Below are positions 57,990 to 64,000 of a stretch of DNA of 64,000 bases, piece after piece. The notes under the pieces were generated by a model, which worked only from the letters and a program-made list of their open reading frames with translations, was not told where the DNA came from and made no database searches. The DNA is taken from positions 736,001-800,000 of the forward strand of contig OY969763.1 in the NCBI GenBank assembly GCA_963702845.1, given 5' to 3'. Source of the stretch: an uncultured Verrucomicrobiae bacterium. GTDB taxonomy: Bacteria; Verrucomicrobiota; Verrucomicrobiia; Limisphaerales; Palsa-1400. Both the position numbers and the translations under genes were made by a program. Numbering within the stretch: the stretch's first letter is position 1; the number at the start of each line of letters is the position of its first letter.

Positions 57990-58396
57990 CGTTTAGACCA
58001 GAGTTCGTCCGCCCCGCGCAAGTGTTCCAGCAAGCGCGCGTCGGCCGCCGGGAATTGGTAATTGGAAAGTTCGTCACGAGTAATCCAAACGAGCGCATCG
58101 CAGTGAATTGGTCGCGGCTCGCCGGACGTTAGTTCGCACCGAAAAAATTTCAGGTGTACCGTGCGCTCCGGATATTCGTGCACAATCTCTTCAATGAGTT
58201 CGTGGACGGATGTTTCAATCCCGAGCTCCTCACGGAGTTCGCGTTGAAGACATTGTTCGAACGTTTCGCCAGACTCGCGTTTGCCGCCGGGAAATTCCCA
58301 GAGCCCGGCCAGGTGCGTTCCAGTCGGTCGCTGGGTAATGAGAAGTTTGCCTCTGTGGAAGAGCAGGGCAGCGGAGACTTCCAGATTCGAGCGCAT
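57986..58396 (-). CDS. mutT: MutT-like 8-oxo-dGTP diphosphatase (Nudix)
   Basis: HLAGLWEFPGGK...RELREELGI, FPAAD; ATG overlaps the ugd stop (TGATG). Confidence 0.85.
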   Translation of the reverse strand: MRSNLEVSAALLFHRGKLLITQRPTGTHLAGLWEFPGGKRESGETFEQCLQRELREELGIETSVHELIEEIVHEYPERTVHLKFFRCELTSGEPRPIHCDALVWITRDELSNYQFPAADARLLEHLRGADELWSKR

Positions 58397-59688
58397 CAAC
58401 GGCGGCCGATGCTCTTGTAGATAAAACCGAGATGTTCCATCTCGCGCGGATCGAAAAGATTTCGTCCATCGAACATGATCGGATGGGTCAGCGCTTTGCG
58501 AACGCGGTCGAGATCGAGTTGCTTGAACTGCGGCCATTCGGTTGCAATCGCCAGGGCGTCGCAGCCGTCGGCGATTTCGTTCATGTCGTTAACGTAAGTA
58601 ACGTCTTTGAGAACGGCTTTGGCTTTTTCCATCGCCTGCGGGTCATAGACGCGCAGCTGCGCGCCTTCTTTCTGCAAACGCTGGCAGAGATCAATGGCCG
58701 GCGACATGCGGACGTCATCGGTGTTCTGTTTGAACGCAAGACCGAGCACGCCGATTTTTTTGCCCTTCAGGACCCAGAGAGTATCGACAATTTTTTTGAC
58801 GAACCGATCCATCTGCTCGGCATTGATCCGCTGGACTTCTTTCAGCAACCCGAACTGATAACCGAGTTGTTCGGAAATGGTAATGAACGCGCTCAAGTCT
58901 TTGGGAAAACAACTGCCGCCGAACCCGAGCGACGCGTCGAGGAACTTGCGGCCAATACGGACGTCCATGCCCATGCCATTGGCAACTTCCTGGACATTGG
59001 CACCGCTCAGTTCGCAAATATTTGAAATCGCGTTGATGTAGGAAATCTTCAGCGCCAGGAATGAGTTCGCGGCATGTTTGATCAACTCGGCGGAATTGAT
59101 GTCGGTGACAATGATCGGCGCATTGTAGGGCGCATAGACCTCTTTCATCGCTGCGACCGGACGTTCCGAAGCGACGCCGATGACGACGCGGTCGGGTTTC
59201 ATGAAGTCTTCGACTGCGAAACCTTCGCGCAAAAATTCGGGATTGCTGACGACGTCAAAATCAACCTTCGCCTTGCAATAACGCTTAATCGTCTCCGCCA
59301 CCTTTTCGCCCGTCTTGACCGGCACGGTGCTTTTGTCCACGACGATCTTGTAGCTGGTCATGGCCGCGGCGATTTCGCGAGAGACCCCTTCAATAAAGCT
59401 CAGGTCGACGGAGCCGTCGGCGTTCGGCGGCGTCGGAACGGCGATGAAGATGACATCAGAATTGTCGACGCCTTCTTTGGTGTCGTTGGTGAAATGGAGG
59501 CGACCGGCTTCGACATTGATGCGGACGAGTTCGTCGAGGCCGGGCTCGTAAATCGGCATGCCGCCGGATTTGAGCAGCTTGACCTTGTTGGGATCGTTGT
59601 CGACACAGATGACGTTGTGGCCGGCCTGCGCGAAGCAGGTGCCGGTCACGAGGCCAACATAGCCAGTCCCGATGATGCTCAGTTTCAT
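58396..59688 (-). CDS. ugd: UDP-glucose 6-dehydrogenase
   Basis: GTGYVG, KSTVP, SNPEFLREG, GFGGSCFPKD, GLAFK..TDD.R. Confidence 0.93.
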   Translation of the reverse strand: MKLSIIGTGYVGLVTGTCFAQAGHNVICVDNDPNKVKLLKSGGMPIYEPGLDELVRINVEAGRLHFTNDTKEGVDNSDVIFIAVPTPPNADGSVDLSFIEGVSREIAAAMTSYKIVVDKSTVPVKTGEKVAETIKRYCKAKVDFDVVSNPEFLREGFAVEDFMKPDRVVIGVASERPVAAMKEVYAPYNAPIIVTDINSAELIKHAANSFLALKISYINAISNICELSGANVQEVANGMGMDVRIGRKFLDASLGFGGSCFPKDLSAFITISEQLGYQFGLLKEVQRINAEQMDRFVKKIVDTLWVLKGKKIGVLGLAFKQNTDDVRMSPAIDLCQRLQKEGAQLRVYDPQAMEKAKAVLKDVTYVNDMNEIADGCDALAIATEWPQFKQLDLDRVRKALTHPIMFDGRNLFDPREMEHLGFIYKSIGRR

Positions 59689-59724
59689 GTCACGTCAACT
59701 ATATCACGCCGCGTCCAAAACCGC

Positions 59725-60453
59725 TTACTTGACTGCAACAGGAGCAGTAGCGGGGCGAGCGGCGGCAATCGTTGCCGGGGTTTCAATCCGCGTTTCCGGC
59801 CGGATTAGGAAACGTCCATAAATCACGCCAGCCAGTAAACCACCCAGCAACGGACCAACCCAGTAAACGATGTGATTGCTCCAATTGCCACTGATGAAAG
59901 CAGGGCCAAACGTCCGCGCAGGATTCATCGATGCGCCAGTCAATGGGCCGGCGACGAGAATGTCCAGGGCCACGGTCAGGCCGATAGCAAGGCCACCAAT
60001 TTTCGGAGCGCGGCCATCCACAGCAGAGCCGTAGACGACAAAAACCAAAAAGAACGTCAGAACAGCTTCGAGGATGATACCATTGGCAACACTGACGTGT
60101 GGTCCCAGAACCGGTGTCCCGTCAAACACAACTTTGGCGCCGGCAACATTCATCATGATCCCTGCCGCGACGATACCGCCGAACAGTTGGGAAACCCAGT
60201 AGGCCAAGGCACGCGATGCAGGAATTTTACCACCAACCAAAAGGCCGAAGGTGACGGCTGGATTGAGATGACCACCGGAAATTGCGCCTGTGGCTGAAAC
60301 CATCACCGCGATGGTGAGTCCATGCGCCAATGCAATTCCGACCAGACCCGCATGGTCGCCGCCGAGATTGGCAATGGCGCCAACGCCGACAAAGATTAGG
60401 GCGAACGTTCCGACAAATTCAGCGACGCACGCTTTAATCAACTCTCGCTTCAT
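59725..60453 (-). CDS. MIP family channel (aquaporin)
   Basis: AEFVGT, ISGGHLNPAVT, GASMNPARTFGP, YWVGP. Confidence 0.95.
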   Translation of the reverse strand: MKRELIKACVAEFVGTFALIFVGVGAIANLGGDHAGLVGIALAHGLTIAVMVSATGAISGGHLNPAVTFGLLVGGKIPASRALAYWVSQLFGGIVAAGIMMNVAGAKVVFDGTPVLGPHVSVANGIILEAVLTFFLVFVVYGSAVDGRAPKIGGLAIGLTVALDILVAGPLTGASMNPARTFGPAFISGNWSNHIVYWVGPLLGGLLAGVIYGRFLIRPETRIETPATIAAARPATAPVAVK

Positions 60454-60459
60454 GAGTTG

Positions 60460-61257
60460 TTATTTCTTGGCGGGCGCGGATGGCTGCGGGATCTGGAGAA
60501 CTTTCGGCTGGGTGCTGCCACCTTGAGCGGGTGCCGCCGTTGTTCCAGGCACGGTCATGCTCGTGGAAGGGGCTGGCTTGTTCAGTTCCGGATGTTTAGC
60601 CAAAAGTTGATCGCGGCGGTCGCGTGCTTCGCTAGCCCAAGGGTCATATTGGGAAGGGTTACGGGTCAGTTCTTCGTAATAACGCAAGGCCTGGTCCGGT
60701 TTGTTTTGTTCTTCAAGCAAACGCGCGAGCGTCAGCTTGGCGGGATTGATGATGTAGGCGTCGCTCGGATAGTGAGCGATCACGTCCTGATATTTGGCGA
60801 TGGCGTCGGAAGCTTTGCCTTCCGCTTCGAGCGAAGCCGCGACACCGAGGCTGGCTTGGGGAACGAGCGGGCTGTTGCTGTGGTCGGTGATGAACTTTTT
60901 AAAGGCTTGCTCAGCGTCGCTATATTTGGCGTCGGTGAAAAGAACACTGGCAGCGAGAACTTCAGCGTGCTCACCGGCGGGAGTGCCGGGGTAGTCCTTG
61001 GCGATCTGGTCGAGGCCGGACGCGGTCGGATGCATGTAATTCGGGTTCGCGCCGAAGGTCGAGGGCAGCGCCATGATCGCGGCGTTGGCGTCGGATTCAG
61101 TCTTGTCGTTGTGCCAGAAGACGATCGCGATGATCGCCCCAATGACAAACGCGATGAGCGCGCCGATGACCAACCGTTTGCGATTGTTATTAAACCAGTT
61201 AGCGATGTGATAAAAATCCATCGATTGCGACGGCGCTTGTGACGATTCAACTTCCAT
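60460..61257 (-). CDS. Membrane-anchored tetratricopeptide repeat protein (YfgM-like)
   Basis: N-terminal W..N.K + TM helix, followed by TPR-like helices; start uncertain. Confidence 0.75.
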   Translation of the reverse strand: MEVESSQAPSQSMDFYHIANWFNNNRKRLVIGALIAFVIGAIIAIVFWHNDKTESDANAAIMALPSTFGANPNYMHPTASGLDQIAKDYPGTPAGEHAEVLAASVLFTDAKYSDAEQAFKKFITDHSNSPLVPQASLGVAASLEAEGKASDAIAKYQDVIAHYPSDAYIINPAKLTLARLLEEQNKPDQALRYYEELTRNPSQYDPWASEARDRRDQLLAKHPELNKPAPSTSMTVPGTTAAPAQGGSTQPKVLQIPQPSAPAKK

Positions 61258-61360
61258 ATAGAAAAGCGGAAAATTCTGGTTGGCCTGCCACAAAAGGCAA
61301 GCCTATTTCCAAACTGCGGCGGACAATATAGGGCAAATGGGTTGGGGCGCAATGACTCGT

Positions 61361-61708
61361 TTAGGAAGGATAACTGAGGCGGACACCGACGTAGTCTGCT
61401 TCCGGGATGATGAACTTCTTGATTTCGACCTGGATGGATTTGAGCCGGTATTCGCGAGTAATCGTTTCGGCGATTTCGTAGGCGAGCGTCTCGATGAGTT
61501 TCCAACTGCGGCGCTCACCCAAGCGAAGGAGGCGCTGGGTCACGAGTGAATAATCGACGGTGCCGCGAATATCGTCTTTCTTGGCGGCAGCGATGAAATC
61601 GTAATCCATCACCAGCGTGATGAGGAGCTTTTGCGGGAGCTCCCGTTCCGCATCGGGAACGCCGACGTGATATTGCACAGCAAGGTCTTTGACGATGATC
61701 TGGTTCAT
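61361..61708 (-). CDS. folB: Dihydroneopterin aldolase
   Basis: HVGVPDAER..PQ, DD...TVDY, KLIETLA, IKK. Confidence 0.9.
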   Translation of the reverse strand: MNQIIVKDLAVQYHVGVPDAERELPQKLLITLVMDYDFIAAAKKDDIRGTVDYSLVTQRLLRLGERRSWKLIETLAYEIAETITREYRLKSIQVEIKKFIIPEADYVGVRLSYPS

Positions 61709-62778
61709 CGGCGGTTTTTGATGGCTTCGAGAAGGATGCGCGTCGGTTGATTGAGGTCTATTTTCAGCGCTTCATCGAGCGTCATCCATTTAAATTCTTC
61801 GGCCTCTTCGTTCAACTTCACATCGATCGGGCCTTCGACGCGGCATATGTAATTGAGCAGGACAAAATGGGCCTCACGATAAAACTCTTTGGAGTGGATG
61901 CAGTCCTGCACCAATACAAATTCGATATCGCGGACGTCGAGATTGGTTTCTTCTTTGATCTCGCGTGTGAGGGCGTCGGGCGAAGGTTCGCCGAATTTAA
62001 TTTTGCCGCCGGGAATGCCCCAAAGGTTTGACCACTTTTGCGTGCGGATCATCAGGACATTGTTTTCGCGGTCGAAAATCGCCGCGCCGACGGTGCAGAT
62101 CGGGTGTGCGATCGGTTCGGTTTCAAATCCGTGACGGCGATGGCGCAGGTCGAATTGGTTTTGCTCCAGAATTTGTTTCAGTTCGCCGAGGTGTTCGACA
62201 ATCACGTCCGGCTCGCTGGCACGGAGTTGTTCGAGGCGATTGTAACCGGTCAAAACGCCGCACGAATGGACGCCGCCGTATTTGGCGGTATCGACGTCGT
62301 GCTGCATGTCGCCAATAAAAAGCGTTTCGTTGGCGGCAAGTTGGTTTTCGTCGAGGATTTGGCGGATGACGGCACGCTTGTCCCAGACACCGAGATAGGG
62401 CTTGTCGATAAACTGCGCGAAATCGGCGACTTCGGCCTGCGTTTTGAAATACGGCGGCTGCACCGTGCTTAATATGTAAGTGCGGATTTTGTGAGCGCGG
62501 CAAAATTCGAGAAACTCGCGCGCGTGCGGGAGCGGTTCGATGTCGTGCTGGATGTCTTTGAAGTGACCGTGAAAGTGTTGTTCCAACTGCGCAATCGGCA
62601 CGTTTGGAACGAAGCGGTCATAGAAATGTTTGAACGGCAGACAGAATTCCTGGCGGAATTTGTCGCGCGACATGGTTTCCACGCCGCATTGTTCCAGGAC
62701 GTAATTGGTTGCTTTCAGGACGGCCGGTAGATCGTCCACGAGCGTTCCGGACCAGTCGAAAATGATGTTACGGATCAC
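61705..62778 (-). CDS. HAD-family hydrolase fused to a C-terminal Nudix domain
   Basis: IIFDWSGTL, FIGDMQHD; Nudix box GGKIKFGEPSPDALTREIKEETNL. Confidence 0.88.
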   Translation of the reverse strand: MIRNIIFDWSGTLVDDLPAVLKATNYVLEQCGVETMSRDKFRQEFCLPFKHFYDRFVPNVPIAQLEQHFHGHFKDIQHDIEPLPHAREFLEFCRAHKIRTYILSTVQPPYFKTQAEVADFAQFIDKPYLGVWDKRAVIRQILDENQLAANETLFIGDMQHDVDTAKYGGVHSCGVLTGYNRLEQLRASEPDVIVEHLGELKQILEQNQFDLRHRRHGFETEPIAHPICTVGAAIFDRENNVLMIRTQKWSNLWGIPGGKIKFGEPSPDALTREIKEETNLDVRDIEFVLVQDCIHSKEFYREAHFVLLNYICRVEGPIDVKLNEEAEEFKWMTLDEALKIDLNQPTRILLEAIKNRR

Positions 62779-62786
62779 AGCTTATG

Positions 62787-63995
62787 TTACTTGGGTTTTT
62801 CGTCGGTGGCAGGCTTCTTCTTGAACGCAGACCTCAGGAGCCAATGGTTTTTGAGGCCTTGCACCAGCTCGTCGGTGTGTGCAATTGCCGTATCAATATA
62901 GCCGACGATGTGGCTGTTTGACTGCACTTGCGCGTTCAAGTTGCTCGTCATGTTCGCGAGGTTGATTAACGATTTTTCAAGTTCGGTCGCCAAAACCGTC
63001 AGATTCGTGTCGGTGTTGTGCAACGTGGAGTGTGCCACCATTAAAGTCTGTTCTGCGTTGCTGACGGTGCTGGTCAGGCGATCGCGCAATTCTGTTCCCA
63101 GAATCCAGGTGCCGAGCGAGCCGTTGGGATCACGAAGATTGGAGCTGATCACGGTCAAATTCGTGATAAGAGGATGCGTGTCGGCAAGGGTTGCGTCGAG
63201 TCGAGCGACAGCGTTGCCGGCGTTCGTCAGCACGCGCGTGAGTTCGTTGGTGAGATTCAGGATGTTCGGCAAGGCAACTTCCAAACCGTTTACCAAAGTT
63301 TCCAAACGGTCGGTTAGGGCAGGGGACTCCAATGGCTCAAGCCAGTAATTCGTGGCTACATCTATATTTGTGTAATACTGGCCGGGATTTGCCGCAATCA
63401 GTTTTCGCAACTCGTTCGTGGCCTCGTAGGCAATCGCGTGGTCGCTGTAATTGGTGTAGTCGGGGCTGGCTTTGAATTTCTTTGTCAGATCCTTGAACGT
63501 GTCGTTCACGGTCGGAAAGAAAAGCACTTGGACGGGTTTATTTGTATCAATTACCGTCGGCGGCACGGTGGCTTCGACATCGTAATCTGAGGTTCCCTTC
63601 AGAACTTCCAAATAGCGATTGCCAAGAAAATCCGACGGGGCCACGCGCACCTTTGAATTGAGCCAGATATAGCCGTAGTACGGGTCCTTGACCCGAAAAT
63701 CGATGGTCACTCCGTAGTAGTCGTCGGGACGGTTCGCTTCGATACGCGTGATTTGGCCGATATCAAAACCCATCAGCTTCACCGGATCACCCACCTTTAG
63801 TCCCGCGGCATTATTGAGCGAAGTGCGGTAATTCACCTTCGTCAAAAACCAACCTTTCACTTCGGCGCGGTGATAAATGTAATATCCCAAAGCAGCGAGC
63901 AACGCGATTACCGCGATGGTGATAAACCAGCCGACCGCACGTTCGACTCGACTCAATCGGGTGCGCAGTTGCGGTGTTAAATCCTGGAGCGGCAT
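62787..63995 (-). CDS. MlaD/MCE family protein
   Basis: N-terminal TM, AAGLKVGDPVKLMGFDIGQI, FLGNRYLE, helical C-terminus. Confidence 0.88.
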   Translation of the reverse strand: MPLQDLTPQLRTRLSRVERAVGWFITIAVIALLAALGYYIYHRAEVKGWFLTKVNYRTSLNNAAGLKVGDPVKLMGFDIGQITRIEANRPDDYYGVTIDFRVKDPYYGYIWLNSKVRVAPSDFLGNRYLEVLKGTSDYDVEATVPPTVIDTNKPVQVLFFPTVNDTFKDLTKKFKASPDYTNYSDHAIAYEATNELRKLIAANPGQYYTNIDVATNYWLEPLESPALTDRLETLVNGLEVALPNILNLTNELTRVLTNAGNAVARLDATLADTHPLITNLTVISSNLRDPNGSLGTWILGTELRDRLTSTVSNAEQTLMVAHSTLHNTDTNLTVLATELEKSLINLANMTSNLNAQVQSNSHIVGYIDTAIAHTDELVQGLKNHWLLRSAFKKKPATDEKPK

Positions 63996-64000
63996 CGGTT

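Overview
A 64 kb chromosomal segment that looks verrucomicrobial (Pedosphaera-like). This is inferred from the ECF-TM-DUF1080 fusion, the prepilin/H-X9-DG protein, LamG/Ig surface proteins, a TIGR03067-like protein and many REP-like palindromes. Housekeeping genes: def, parB, speA, dnaX, rpmB, mutT-like, ugd, folB, mlaD-like, tRNA-Ser(GCT) and the SRP RNA ffs. Most notable: (1) a ~5.8 kb accessory block between ffs and dnaX with ten short co-oriented cassette-like genes whose junctions carry halves of integron attC-like sites and a 28-bp direct repeat (CCAnTCsTGTT-yTTGwT-TTAyTTyAGy, three clear copies), with no integrase in the window; this is a candidate gene-capture array. (2) A two-module NRPS (C-A-T-C-A-T-TE, aliphatic A-domain codes, Cys-type TE) with a PPTase and a divergent TonB-dependent receptor, broken by three frameshifts. 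(3) A HAD-Nudix fusion coupled to folB. (4) A candidate sigma54-dependent small RNA. (5) A family of intergenic promoter-plus-10-bp-repeat elements. All calls come from reading motifs by eye; no database searches were run.
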